Below, one piece after another: positions 40,573 to 53,080 of a stretch of DNA of 64,000 nt. The stretch lies in NCBI RefSeq assembly GCF_001194135.2, contig NC_068993.1:61521896-61585895 (forward strand). The letters are read 5' to 3'. The notes below the pieces were generated by a model. It saw only the letters and a list, made by a program, of their open reading frames with translations. It had not been told where the DNA came from and did no database searches. The stretch is from Octopus bimaculoides (taxonomy: Eukaryota). Every line of letters starts with the position of its first letter. The stretch's first letter is position 1. The position numbers were made by a program, and so were the translations under genes.

Positions 40573-40960
40573 AGGCGCAGCCACGGGTTTGTGGTTTAGA
40601 GGTTCGCTATGCAATGGTGTGATTTCGGGTTCGGTCCCTCTGTGCGGCACCTATGACAAGCGTCGTCTATTACAGCTCCAGACCGAACAATGCTTTGTCA
40701 TGGATTTGGTAGACGTAAACTGTGCAAGCTCGTCATATATGTGTGTGTGTGTGTGTCTGGCACCCCAACTGCTTGACAACTGGTGGTGGTTAGTTTACGT
40801 TCCCATAACGGTTTAGTCAAAAAATCCGAGTAAGTACCATACTTAAAAAATAAAGATAAAAACGAATACCTAAGTATTGGGAACGATTTGTTCAATTAAA
40901 ACTCTCAAAGGCGGTGCTCCAGCATGGCTGCAAACCAATGACTGTAACAAATAAAAAGAG
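40573..40960 (+). mobile_element. SINE family A, diverged copy
   Basis: Same modular layout, ending ggcggtgctccagcatggc...aatgactg.aacaa.taaaaga. Confidence 0.75.
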
Positions 40961-41375
40961 CAAAGAGAAAGATAAGCGAAAGGGTTTTTACTGTAGTGTG
41001 TGTACGAGTGAAAACGTATGCTTTCGCCCTTGAAACCCTTGAAGCCATTGGTAGGTTGTTTTCTGGTTAACACAATCATTTTTGCCTCAAAATGTTTACT
41101 GTCTACATAGGGGTTTTTCTCAATGTCAGTCATCAAATTGTTTACTGGCTTGCCTTTTTTTTTTTTACCTGTTGCTTTGACGTTTTTAGTCTCCTTGGTA
41201 ACGATTTCTTCTTGTTGAAGCCCTGAAAGTAGCCACAGATAGACAAGCATGCATAAATAGACGCGCATATGGTTGTCTATATGTGGCTCACACATATACA
41301 CATAGACGACTATGACATGCGTGCACGCACACGCATGCACACAGTCAGATATACGCACACATATCGACACACAAA

Positions 41376-41600
41376 CAGTAATCTCTCGACTATCGCGATT
41401 ACTACGTTCCAAAAACCACCCCGCGAGAGGTGAAAATCTGCGAAGTAGAAACAGTTCTCTACTGTATATTTTTTTTTATTGTCTTTATAATTTGCATATA
41501 TTTATTTTATTATAAATGCAAAACAACACCACGGAAGAATCGACGTCAGCTTAAATAATAAACCGCGATAAGTGAACCGCGATATGGCGAGGGGTTACTG
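41376..41600. mobile_element. Tigger/pogo-like MITE
   Basis: Imperfect TIRs cagtaatctctcgactatcgcg / cgcgatatggcgaggggttactg, followed by TA. Confidence 0.65.
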
Positions 41601-42104
41601 TACATACAAGCAGTCACGCACGCGCATAGGTGTGCTGTATGTTACATAATTGAAAACTGATTAAACCACATCAAGGCCATTCACTGCAGCAATGGGAAGC
41701 GGTGTTACGATATACTTGATGTATTCTGACAGCTGGATTGATAACGTCTGCATGGCTTATTACATTCTGGAGCAGGACATATTGGTAAATATTATTTTGT
41801 TGTCAGTGGAACCCGGGTTCTTTTTTCTTTTTTTTCTTTCTTAAATGAAGAGAAACTAATCAAAAAATGTATGGTGTTGATGAAAACAAACATACTCACG
41901 GGTCAGCAGATCTTTAACTACACACACACACACACGCGCGCACATACACACGCCCCCCCCCCCCGCGCGCATGATATGATCTAATTGTTTTCTTTGACAC
42001 AAACACCAACTTTATTTATGTGATGTAATTCGGCATCATTTATGTATTGCTTATTGATAATAATAATAATAATAATAATAATTATAATAATAATAATCCT
42101 TTCT

Positions 42105-42309
42105 ACTAAAGTCACAAGGTTTGAAATTTTGCGAGACGGAACCAATCGATTACATCGATCGCAATGCTTGAATAATTCCTATTTTATCGGCTCCGAAAGC
42201 ATGAAAGGCAAGGTACACTTCGGCGGGATTTGAACTCAGAGCATAAAGATAGACGAAATACCGCTAAGCATTTTACCCGGCGTGCTAACAAGTCTGTCAG
42301 CTCGCTGCC

Positions 42310-42310
<1 letters not shown>
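42105..42310 (-). mobile_element. SINE family B abutting an (ATT)n/(GTT)n/(AAT)n microsatellite
   Basis: Family B core; the head end is adjacent to the microsatellite at 42315-42430. Confidence 0.8.
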
Positions 42311-42314
<4 letters not shown>

Positions 42315-42354
<40 letters not shown>

Positions 42355-42386
42355 GTTATTGTTGTTGTTGTTGTTGTTGTTGTTGT

Positions 42387-42428
<42 letters not shown>

Positions 42429-42430
42429 TA
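42315..42430. repeat. Compound trinucleotide microsatellite (ATT)n(GTT)n(AAT)n
   Basis: Seen directly. Confidence 0.95.
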
Positions 42431-43211
42431 ATTCGTTTTATTGGCCACAAGGGCTAATATCAATTAAAAACATATAAGTACAAAGACAGGACGAAGGTTA
42501 CAAAAGGTTTTGTCCGAAAAGGTAGGAAAGTTCGTCTAAACAGAGGAAGAAAACGGAGAAAGATATAATAAATAAATAGATAAATAAATAGATAAATAAA
42601 TAAGTAGAACTCCCAAAGGGGGAGGCGCTTCGAAAAAGGAAAGGTTACACGTGGAAAAACCCATAAAATAATAATAATAATAATAATAATGTGAATCCCT
42701 TGTTGAAACATTTTTCTTTATATCCCAGGAGGATCATTATGCCAATAATAAACACACGCACTAGTACAGCTTCACTTTACTGTTGCCCAATTGGTTACTT
42801 ATTTAACTAAACTAGTCGATTGCTTTGTTTAATCACTCGGTTAATTTGTCAGCGGAAAGACTGACAAACACCTGGCTGGTTGATTAACCAAATGATTAAA
42901 CAAGCTGTCAAGATCGACGGATTTCCAGTTCTGAATTCTAGTATCATTACAATTTGGACATTTCAAAATAAAATTCAGATATTTTAAAATAATTATGAGA
43001 AAAAATATATCTTTATAATTATTGTTTACTAACCTGAATAAGAACAACAGTAACCCGGACAACGCCGAGTCATTCAGCTAGTTTTAAATAAACTAATTTA
43101 CATGAGTAATTTTATTAATATGGTTGCTGTTTTGTCTCTTTCAAATATTTTCTTACAGGAGAACAGAATTGGGGATTTCAAGGCAAAATTAAGGCAAACT
43201 CTCTTTTTAAC

Positions 43212-43263
43212 ATGGATGAAACTCAAGAATCTGAAGTAAAAACAATAAAAGAAGAAATTACAC
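43212..43263 (+). CDS. SLC22-like: SLC22-family transporter, probable coding exon 1 (MDETQESEVKTIKEEIT)
   Basis: Acceptor ttcttacag|g at 43158/43159, ATG at 43212, donor c|gtaaat at 43264. Phase 1 fits the acceptor at 44315/44316 (an alternative donor at 43236 with acceptor 44326 would also be in frame). Total CDS comes to 1635 nt (544 aa). Confidence 0.55.
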
Positions 43264-43345
43264 GTAAATAATTATTTTTAATATAACCGGATCCTGATTA
43301 AGATGTGAAATTTTACTGACTTATAAATATATTTTTTTAAATACA

Positions 43346-43509
43346 GGCGCAGGAGTGGCTGTGTGGTAAGTAGCTTGCTTACCAACCACATGGTTCCGGG
43401 TTCAGTCCCACTGCGTGGCACCTTGGGCAAGTGATCTTCTACAATAGCCTCGGGCCGACCAAAGCCTTGTGAGTGGATTTAGTAGACGGAAACTGAAAAG
43501 AAGCCCGTC

Positions 43510-43599
<90 letters not shown>

Positions 43600-43780
43600 A
43601 ACATCGCTTTACAACCGATGCTGGTGTGTTTACGTCACCGTTACTTAGCGGTTCGGTAAACGAGACCGATAGAATAAGTATTAGGCCTACAAAGAATAAG
43701 TTCTGGGGTCGATTTGCTCGACTAAAGACGGTGCTCCAGCATGACCGCAGTCAAAATAACTGAAACAAGTAAAAGAATAA
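43346..43780 (+). mobile_element. SINE family A, young full-length copy in SLC22 intron 1
   Basis: tRNA-like head with A/B-box-like motifs, (TA)n(TG)n core, 3' module; multiple copies in the window (also head fragments at 22059-22111, 33975-34152, 48350-48491, 50928-51085 and a tail at 60640-60752, all -). Confidence 0.88.
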
Positions 43781-44315
43781 AATGTTCTAGTTATATTAAC
43801 AAGGTGTATTTTGTTTTCAAATATTTCTCAGACGTTTAGCTTAGTGTTTCAACCTGCTGCTCAATTCTATCAATACCATAATTTATTATCTGATTTACAT
43901 CTCATCTGAAGAATATTCTGAAGAGTATTCAACGTAATTTAATTGAGTTCCAAATGCTGATTACCGCACATACTTTTGTAGGTACATGTTTTACTGTAAC
44001 AAATATTAAATGAATTCTTATCATTTTGACTTGTGTTGCAATTTATATTCAGCCAGAAACATGATGTTTAATTTTAGTTCAAATTTAAAGAAAACAAAAG
44101 ATGAAGAGAGATAAGAAAACAACAAAGAGGTGTATTAGTTTGACGCTCAGGAAGAAAGGAAAAGTATTTGTCGTTTCGAGCCGACGTTCTTCGACAGAAA
44201 GGGATGAGAGGGGGAAAAAAATAGGGAGAGAACGAAAAATCGGAGACAGAAAAAATGTGTAGGGATTAACGGTTTAACATGATGGAATAACTGGAATTCA
44301 TCTTCCATATTTCAG

Positions 44316-44683
44316 CTTTTTCACAGCGGGATATCACACAACTAATAGAAAAATGTGGCTTTGGACCTTTCCAATGCTGGTTCTACACTTTTTTGTTTGC
44401 GACAAGGCTTTTTACAGTGATGAGTGCAATGAGTTTAGCATTTATTACTGCAAATGTTCCTTTCGTGTGCTATCCTCCAAATTATGATACTTCAGCAATT
44501 CCTGCAGCTTTTACAGAGAATGAATATCTACAACTGTTTCAACCTGAAGACGATCACTGTTCTCTGTATAACAACACTTTAACTGAAATATTTCGTTCAA
44601 CGTCAACTGTCAATTTATCGAAAATACCATGTTCTTATGGACGGAAATTTCTAACAGAGAATTTTTCTACAGTTGTAAGCGAG
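44316..44683 (+). CDS. SLC22-like: SLC22-family transporter exon 2 (TM1 and large extracellular loop)
   Basis: Reads ...DITQLIEKCGFGPFQCWFY...CYPPNY...DHCSLYNN...CSYGRKFLTENFSTVVSE then |gtgagt. Shows the SLC22 N-terminal G.FG.FQ motif, loop cysteines and the T.VSE motif. Confidence 0.88.
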
Positions 44684-44895
44684 GTGAGTCAAAGAATGAA
44701 GCAATTACTGTAAAACAAGAGGTAATGTCACGTTATTTCATCGTTGCTACTGACCGTCTGTATATTGCAGGTACGTTACCAGCGAAACCGTTATTTTCCA
44801 ATGACTTATTACGCTTACATAATCGGGAAAAGCATGATTATTTCATAAGAAATCATATTTCTGATACACAGAGCAAATACATGAATCAATTCTAC

Positions 44896-44896
<1 letters not shown>

Positions 44897-44937
<41 letters not shown>

Positions 44938-44949
44938 GTCTGTCGGTCG

Positions 44950-45000
<51 letters not shown>
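44897..45000. repeat. (TCTA)n followed by (TC)n microsatellite
   Basis: Seen directly. Confidence 0.95.
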
Positions 45001-45003
<3 letters not shown>

Positions 45004-45057
45004 GCGCGCGTGTATGTCTCTAAAGCATACATATATACAGACATGCATATATGCATT

Positions 45058-45340
45058 TACTTTCACCACAACTTTCTCTCACTGTTTCTGTTGTACCTGT
45101 ATTTCAAAGGGTCAGTCTTGTCACACTGTGTGTCACGCAGAATCTCCCCGAGAACTACGTTAAAGGTACACTTGTCTGTGGAGTGCTCAGCCACTTGTCC
45201 GTTAATTTCACGAGCTGGCTGTTCCGTTGATCGGATCANNNNNNNNNNTGCTCAGCCACTTGTCCGTTAATTTCACGAGCTGGCTGTTCCGTTGATCGGA
45301 TCAACTGGAACCCTCGTCGTCGTAACCGACGGAGTGCCAC
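45058..45340 (+). mobile_element. SINE family C, 3' half
   Basis: Aligns with 6118-6350 (reverse); ~52 bp duplicated across a 10-N gap. Confidence 0.8.
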
Positions 45341-45504
45341 GATATAAGTATAATTAACGGGAAGTGATCTCATTCTGTACTTTCTAACCAAATGAAAAAT
45401 AATAACGATGATTACATTACAGATGGTACACGTTGAAATTAAGCAAAATTGAGCAATAATCTTGACTTTGTAATATTATCTATTTCATATTTATTTTGTT
45501 ATAG

Positions 45505-45608
45505 TTTGATTTAGTGTGTGGGAAAAAATGGTTAAAATCCACATTGCAGTCCGTTTATTTTGTCGGTTATCTTATTGGATCAATCATATTTGGTGTTTTA
45601 TCTGATAG
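45505..45608 (+). CDS. SLC22-like: SLC22-family transporter exon 3
   Basis: atag|FDLVCGKKWLKSTLQSVYFVGYLIGSIIFGVLSD(R)|gtaagc; 104 nt; DLVC signature. Confidence 0.93.
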
Positions 45609-45899
45609 GTAAGCTATATTTCAATAAATATTTTTCTTAAACATAATATTCAGTCTTAAATGTATATTCAGTTTATAGTTATTGATTTTGGTCACTTTCA
45701 TGATTTATGCATTCTACCAGAGTTCTTTCCTTTAGTGTGCGAGAATAATTTCCATTTAATAGTAGAATCAGTCATCGTCAGAAGAAAATATCTTCTTGAG
45801 TGCATGAAATATATTGCTGATATTTCCTCTTCTTGATTATGAAGTTAGAAATGGTGTAGTATTAGCTCAGACAAACAAGACAACTCATCCCGTCTATAT

Positions 45900-46480
45900 T
45901 GATTTTGAATTTTGGCACCAGGTTAGCAATTTTAGAGGAGGAGGAAAGTTGATATCATCGATCCCAGTGTCCAACTGGCACTTGTCTTACCGACCTCGAA
46001 AGAATAAATGGCAAAGTCGACCGCGACGGGATTTGAACGCAGAATGCTAACGATTCTGCCTTGTCACCACGTCTATGTTGGTTACAAATTTTGTTACAAA
46101 GCAAGCGATTTTAGAGGAGGAACGAAGGAAATAAGTCGATTGCATAGACACCAGTTTTTAACTGGTACATGTCTTGTTGATCCTGAAAGGATGAAAGGCG
46201 AAATCGATCTCGGTGGAATTTGAACTCAGATCGTGAAGGCGGATGTAATGCCGCTAAAAAGCTTGCCTGGTACGCTAAACGATTCTGTCAGCTCACTGTG
46301 TTGTCATCACGTGTGTATTCGTTTCTACTCTGGCACAAGGCCCGAAATTCTGGGGGATGGGACCAGTCGATTAGATTGACCCCAGTACGCAACTGGTACT
46401 TAACTTATCGACCCCAAAAGGATGAAAGGCAAAGTCGACCTCGACGGAATTTGAACTCAGAACGTAAAGACAGACGAAAA
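45900..46480 (-). mobile_element. Three tandem SINE family B copies in SLC22 intron 3
   Basis: Copies at about 45900-46065, 46080-46300 and 46325-46480. Confidence 0.8.
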
Positions 46481-46505
46481 AGTATGTCTTCTACTATAGC
46501 CATAC

Positions 46506-46589
46506 GGGCATATGGCGTAGTGGTTAAGAGCGGGGCTACTAATCCCAAGATTCCGAGTGCGATTCCAGGCAGTGACCTGAATAATAATG

Positions 46590-46644
<55 letters not shown>

Positions 46645-46810
46645 CTACATCGAAAACTACCTTAGGAATGAGAACCCAGGTTCGAAATTTCCCCAAGACA
46701 CCTGATGAAGGCTGGAGGGTATATCAGCCGAAACGTTGTGTTAACAACAAATAAGATGATGACAAAATTCCGTCAATTATAAATAATGTAAATAATGTAA
46801 ATAATGTACA
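46506..46810 (+). mobile_element. SINE-like element: tRNA head + (AAT)n + Penelope-like tail
   Basis: tggcgtagtggttaag A box, gagtgcgattcc B-box-like motif, then cctgatgaaggctggagggtatatcagccgaaacgttg and (aataatgta)3. Confidence 0.65.
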
Positions 46811-47139
46811 GAATGATATTGATGTCAGATCGGGAACTTGAAACATATTTTCAGGCGAAGATTAAGGTTTTATTTAAGAGAATTGATGATATTGATGAAT
46901 AATAATTTGAGATGTCAAACTGAATGAAATGGGTGTATTGTTTATTATGAAGAGAGTGAAACCAAGTGATGACGTCTCCTCTGCATTTCCAGAGCAGAAG
47001 CTTAGGGTTAGTTCTAACCAGGGGTAGAATACGGTCAATGATACATTTACTAATTCGAACTAAGTCGGATTTAGTAGAACTTAACTAATTTTTACATTTA
47101 CGTATCAATGATTAATTTACATTTCTGTTTTTCGTGTAG

Positions 47140-47294
47140 ATTTGGTCGGAAACTTACTTTTTTTATGTCGAACACATTCTTTGCTGTTTGTGGAATCAGC
47201 AAAATCTTCATGCCATCATCCATCGCGTTTATGATTTTCCATTGTATGCAAGCTTCTGGTTTTATGGGTATTTCAATCAGTACTTATGCACTCA
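47140..47294 (+). CDS. SLC22-like: SLC22-family transporter exon 4
   Basis: gtag|(R)FGRKLTFFMSNTFFAVCGISKIF...STYAL|gtaagt; 155 nt; completes MFS motif A (G.LSDRFGRK). Confidence 0.92.
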
Positions 47295-48124
47295 GTAAGT
47301 TATTCCAAAAAAATATTTTCCCCGCAAACTTTTATATGGATTTATTTGAATAGTGTATTTTTCTCTTGTTTATGCAACAAAACTCAAACACACATATATC
47401 TATAGAACATGCGCACATTATACATTATAATATTTATTTTATGGTATATATTATATAATATATATTATATATACGCGTGTACATATATGCGCATGTTCAT
47501 AACTTACATAAGCAACATACATGCATACATACATACGTACATACATACATACATACGTACGTACATAATATATACATACATACATGCATATATAAATACA
47601 ATATGAGCGAAGAAATATTGATTAAAATGAATAGCATAAATAAATACTTAAGGCAGGCCTTGAAGGAAGATAGTATGCCATTGAAGAGGTTGCGAATAGC
47701 AGCCACTCAAGAATTCGCGAATAGCGACGAAAGGACTTTGACTTACAAACAACCGGTTGGTTGTTTAATCAGCACATTAAGCTTGTCTTTTAAGGAAAAG
47801 GACAGGCTTATTGTTTGGAGATAAGGTGACAACCGTGGACACTGTGTTTCTTGCTCAAAAGCCATCGTCAGCACAATAATTGTCTAACATCATCTCCAGT
47901 AGCCAAAGGACTTAGAATCATATAAAACAGAGTAGAAGCTTAATCTTATTAATATTAACCATATCTTGGTTCCTCGTTGACAAGCGTCTGATATTAAAGG
48001 ATATTAAATGATGTAATATGCAAACTAGTATGTTCTTCGATACTACAAGATTTGGTGTGTACATAAACAGATTGGTTATAATATTATGTATATGTATTTA
48101 TATAATATACATAATATATATAGT

Positions 48125-48325
48125 GCTTTCAAATTTTGGCACAAGGCCAGCAATTTTGGAGAGAGGGTAAGTCGATTACATCAATCCAAGAGCTCAAATG
48201 ATACTTTTTTTTATCGATCTCGAAAGGATGTAAGGCAAAGTTGACCTCGGCAGAACTTGAACTCAGAACGTAAAGATGGACGAAATGTCGCTAAGTATTT
48301 TGCCCGGCGTGCTAACGATTCTACG
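48125..48325 (-). mobile_element. SINE family B
   Basis: Family B core and tail. Confidence 0.8.
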
Positions 48326-48729
48326 AACCCTCAAACACGCACACACAGAGGACAGGTTTCAACACAGTTTTCGCCTACCAAATTCACTCTCAAGGTCGAC
48401 CCAGGGCTAAAGTAGAAGACACTTTCTCAAGACTGAACCTAAAGCTACATGATTGTAAAACAAACTTCTTAACCACAACGCCATGCCTGTGACTGTTTGT
48501 GCATTGATATACACATTCTTAAAAATAAGCACACATACACTCACATATGTGTATTTGAATGTGCACCTATGTAAAGATATATTGATATTAAAATTTTAGT
48601 TGTCAGTGAAATTAACTGTTTTAATTATCAGACGAACTTAACTCATCTATATAACAATATTTCCCCATTATTTTATTTTTCAGAACTCAAAAGTACTTGT
48701 TGCATTTATGTTTATTTTATATTTCACAG

Positions 48730-48898
48730 ACTTAGAATTTGCCCCTTCAAGGTACCGTACACCTCTTAGTTTTGTGCATATGTCCATGTATACATTCACT
48801 TCGATGCTTTTACCAGCGTTCGCCTATGCCATACCTAACTGGCATTATTTAGAATTGACGGTGTGTCTTCTACCCCTGGCTAATTGTTTCCTTTGGAA
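48730..48898 (+). CDS. SLC22-like: SLC22-family transporter exon 5
   Basis: acag|(N)LEFAPSRYR...AYAIPNWHYLEL...FLW|gtgagt; 169 nt; splice phases consistent. Confidence 0.9.
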
Positions 48899-49883
48899 GT
48901 GAGTTAAGTATATTTTTCATTTTCTTCTTATACAAAATGAGACTAAATTCTTCAATTTCTCGGCAGATTTCTTCTATTTATTCGATTTAAATTTACCAAA
49001 AAAAAAAAAAAGAAAAAGAAAAAGTACTTGTTCTGAGCATTTTCGTAATTTGACTTTACGTTATTCATTTTTCCTTCAACTTACGAGAGACATTTCTGCA
49101 TCTTTTGCGGTTTTGGATAAATTGAAACCAGAAAACACCCACGGCATTACTAAGTCCCGGTGGTGAGGTAGAATGGATTCACTGCCATTCTCACATCTTC
49201 ACATCCTATATATAAGCAAAATATAAGTATAGGAATTTTAAAACCACATTCATTAGTATACAGGTGTTTCCGCTATGAGGAAGTGTTTTAATATTTAAAC
49301 GCTGTTTCAATAAAGGAACGCTTCATGTTAAAGCTCTGGGTGTACAATTCCTTATAGCAGAAATAACTGCAAGCTAATAAACATAATTAAGTTTTGTCAT
49401 TTTGTCATTCATATAGTATATGTATATATATATNNNNNNNNNNNNNNNNNNNNNNNNNNNNNNNNNNNNNNNNNNNNNNNNNNNNNNNNNNNNNNNNNNN
49501 NNNNNNNNNNNNNNNNNNNNNNNNNNNNNNNNNNNNNNNNNNNNNNNNNNNNNNNNNNNNNNNNNNNNNNNNNNNNNNNNNNNNNNNNNNNNNNNNNNNN
49601 NNNNNNNNNNNNNNNNNNNNNNNNNNNNNNNNNNNNNNNNNNNNNNNNNNNNNNNNNNNNNNNNNNNNNNNNNNNNNNNNNNNNNNNNNNNNNNNNNNNN
49701 NNNNNNNNNNNNNNNNNNNNNNNNNNNNNNNNNNNNNNNNNNNNNNNNNNNNNNNNATATATATGTAATTATTTGCCTGCAATAACTACAATATTAATGT
49801 GCATTAAATTTATTAGTAGAATTCATATTTTTGACAAACTCTATGTAAAGTGCTTTTTTTTCTTCTAACAAAACATGTTTCAG

Positions 49884-50132
49884 TTGTCTTCTCGAATCTC
49901 CAAGGTGGCTTATCGGCAGGAAACGCTTTCGAGAAACAAAAGAACTTCTTGAGAAAATGATGATGAAAAATAATCTCGATCATCAGGAGGTGTTCAATGT
50001 TTTTTGGGAGGATATAACGAAAGAAAGAAAACCGGTCAAAAGAAGATGGTCCTCGGAAAAGACTTATAGTTTTATCGATCTATTTAAGACGGTCCAAATG
50101 GCTACGATCACGATTAATATTTGCTTTAGTTG
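49884..50132 (+). CDS. SLC22-like: SLC22-family transporter exon 6
   Basis: ttcag|..CLLESPRWLIGRKR...TYSFIDLFKTVQMATITINICFS(W)|gtaaat; ESPRWL and DLF motifs; 249 nt. Confidence 0.93.
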
Positions 50133-50199
50133 GTAAATATCTACCATGTATTTAGACGCCTGATCGCATTTTGGTGTTATTCTATTTGTTGTAAATGTT

Positions 50200-50415
50200 G
50201 GTTTCAAATTTTGGCACAAGGCCAGTAATTTCGAGGCAGGGGATAAGTCGATTACATAGACGCCAGTACTCAATTGGTACTTACTTTATCGATCCCGAAA
50301 GGATAGAAAGTAAAGTCGGCCTCGGCGGAATTTGAACGCAGAACGTAAAGATGGACGAAATGCTGCTAAGCATTTTGCCCGTTGTGCTTACGATCCTGCT
50401 AGCTCGTCGCCTTAC
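50200..50415 (-). mobile_element. SINE family B
   Basis: Family B core and tail. Confidence 0.8.
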
Positions 50416-50892
50416 TTGCTGTAAAATATTCAGGTGAACTGAAGGCTATCCTAGTTTAAACATTATTGCAGAGCTAAAAGAGATTTCAAAGAAATGCATT
50501 TTGAAGCAATGGCAACGCCTGCGATTTGTAGCAATCCGGACAACATTTTGTCAGAAAATTTATGAGGATGACCAAAAAATTTTATAAAAGCAATACGAGT
50601 TTTTGTATTACGAATCAAATTCATAGTTAATGCTCAATGTAGTTGTAAAACAGTAATGGGCAAACTGCGGCCCACGGGACTTTATGAATGGCACATAAAA
50701 CGAAAAATTACCTTGAAATTTTGAAGTGATGCAGTTGAGAAAGATTGCCCATGTCTCTTATAATAAAATGATTGAGGCATGAAATATGGCAAAGTGTATT
50801 ATAGTAACAAACTGCACAGCAGCGATTGTAACTGATCATAGAATAAAATTTGATCATGATCATATTGGTTTCAAATTTTGGCACAAGGCCAG

Positions 50893-50930
<38 letters not shown>

Positions 50931-51261
50931 CGAGCTTCCACACATTTTCCGTCTACTAAATTCACTCACAAGGCATTGGTTGGCTCGAGGCTATAGTTCA
51001 AGACACTTATCCAATGTGCCACGTAAGGAAACTAAAACCGAAACCAGGTGGTTACATAGCGAGCTTCTTCGCCCCACATCCATGTTTTCGTCTATTATGA
51101 AATATATAAACATCACTCTAATGTATTTTATATTTGAATGTTTAATAGAAAAAATACCCCTCAAAATATTTTCTTTAATGGTAAATGAAATCCAACATTT
51201 GCAATACAAATGAAAAGAGCATATATTTATTTATGTAATATGTAGTTGTTTTATTTTACAG

Positions 51262-51476
51262 GTGCGTGATCAGTATGCTTTACTACGGAGTAACCCTTAA
51301 TTCTGTTGATATGGCTGGAAATCGTTATGTAAACTTTTTATTAATGATACTCGTGGAGTTTCCCAGCCATATATCTGCTTACTATTTATTTAGATTTTTT
51401 GATCATCGAAAGCCTATTAGTTTCTTTATGACGTTTAGTGGATTGAACTGCATCGTCTCAAATTTTGTAGCCGAAG
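51262..51476 (+). CDS. SLC22-like: SLC22-family transporter exon 7
   Basis: tacag|(W)CVISMLYYGVTLNSVDMAGNRYVNFLLMILVEFP...FVAE|gtaatg; 215 nt. Confidence 0.93.
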
Positions 51477-51560
51477 GTAATGCATAACACTCATTTTATA
51501 TTTTATACACATTGGAAATTAACGTCATCTTATCTGATTATATGTTATTGAAAATGACTA

Positions 51561-51746
51561 CCGTATTTTCCGGCATACAAGTCGAATTTTTCAGCTCCAA
51601 AAGGTAGGCCAATTTATATACCACTACAATTTTGGAGGACCAAATATTCAATGCAACTTGATTTGGAAAGATAGTGACAATCTTTGAATGTCTACTCTAT
51701 ATGTTTATACGATATACAACATCGACTTGTATGGCAGAAATTACGG
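51561..51746. mobile_element. Tc1/mariner (pogo-like) MITE
   Basis: TA|ccgtattttccggcatacaagtcga ... tcgacttgtatggcagaaattacgg|TG; 25-bp TIRs, 22/25 matching. Confidence 0.75.
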
Positions 51747-51986
51747 TGTTTGCATCAATTTTACTTGAATAATTTCATGTTCAATAAAAGGCTTCACAAT
51801 TATATTACATCACAGTAAAGGGCTAAAAAGGAGCTTTTAACTACAAAGTATTGAATCAAAAATATACCGTAGAGAAGAACTTCTGCTAAATGATAATGTA
51901 TTTCCCGTATTAACAAGCATGATGCTAAAATGTAATATCTGTCAAAAATATATTTCGGTAATAATCTTTGATTTTATTGAATTTAG

Positions 51987-52095
51987 GATCATTTTGGTTT
52001 CCTCTGGCAATGGTTATTCTTGGAAAGTTTGGAATCTCCGCAGCTTTTGCTTCAATTTATCTCTTATCTGCAGAAATATTTCCGACTGTTGTTCG
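51987..52095 (+). CDS. SLC22-like: SLC22-family transporter exon 8
   Basis: ttag|(G)SFWFPLAMVILGKFGISAAFASIYLLSAEIFPTVV(R)|gtaagt; E.FPT..R motif; 109 nt. Confidence 0.93.
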
Positions 52096-52559
52096 GTAAG
52101 TTTTTTTCAAATCTCTGTGAAAATGTGAGCATTACAATTAGCCAAGTCGATATCAATCTAAGCTGTTTTCTGAGTGTAGATAGGTGATGCTACAGTAGTG
52201 TGTCTGTAGCAAAAACATAACTCTAATTTCTTTTCACCTCATCAAACTGTCACTATTCATTGATCAGTTCGAATTTCTCGATATTGATTAAGACGATCAC
52301 AATACGCAGTAATTTACAACAGGAGTATTTATCTTCAGATTAAAAAGCAATGAGTGAATGATACATAAATTCCTTTTGAACATCACCCCAGTTTAACACT
52401 AGATAATTTAGAAATGTAGTTGCAATGATGCACACATAAAGATACTTTGCATAAACTAGATTAACTAAAGATAATGACTCGTCGCTTGTAGGGGTCGTGG
52501 CAATTCAGTATATAATATCCAGTTCCCCATTTCAAGTGGAATTCCAACCACGTTTCGTG

Positions 52560-53080
52560 GTTTGCTACCTCAACAGCTCCTTTATAGGACCCAGTGACTA
52601 AAGACATCATCAGGAGGAACCACATCCGGTTTCGGCCCCTACTCCTCTACCGTTTTCGACGTGGTGCCCCTCACTCACTTTCGGAAGTGTCTTCAACTCT
52701 TGTGTTGAGTGCACTTTTTTTCTCCTTTTTCTTTGGTCTTTTGTTCTTTGGTTTCTTCGATGGCAGCGAGCGAATGACCATCCTGCCAAATTTCCCTTTA
52801 AATACTCGCCGGTAGGCTCCAGGAGCTAGCACGAGCTAACTGTCACGTGACTCTAAGCTTCATTATCCTTGGGTACAGTCCAAATTGCAGTATCCAACAT
52901 TTCAATTTCCCCAGTAATGTTGTTCTGTCAATTGCCTTTAGTCCTTGTTCCACTAAATCGCGTGTTTCTTTGCTTTGTTTCTTATCATTTAGTAAATCTC
53001 TGTACCATCTGCCGAGACTCTTTACTGGTTGTTCTTTCACCGTTGATACATCTTCACCTCTTATCCTGAATTTCACCTCT
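52560..53080 (-). mobile_element. Non-LTR retrotransposon fragment, Hero-like (RT thumb region joined to a 3'-end-like segment), in SLC22 intron 8
   Basis: FRIRGEDVSTVKEQPVKSLGRWY...GLKAIDRTTLLGKLKCWILQFGLYPRIM. I recognise the PVKSLGRWY / GKLK.W..QFG..PR pattern from REL-type (Hero) LINEs. Confidence 0.55.

Noticed and set aside
39168-41412. ORFs of 116-199 aa upstream of SLC22
   Set aside because: Low-complexity, Phe/Cys/Val-rich translations overlapping repeats, with no motifs or consistent splice signals. An upstream SLC22 5' UTR exon may lie here but cannot be placed.
45186-45300. Exact ~52-bp direct repeat across a 10-N gap
   Set aside because: Unmerged contig overlap within a single SINE; an assembly artefact.
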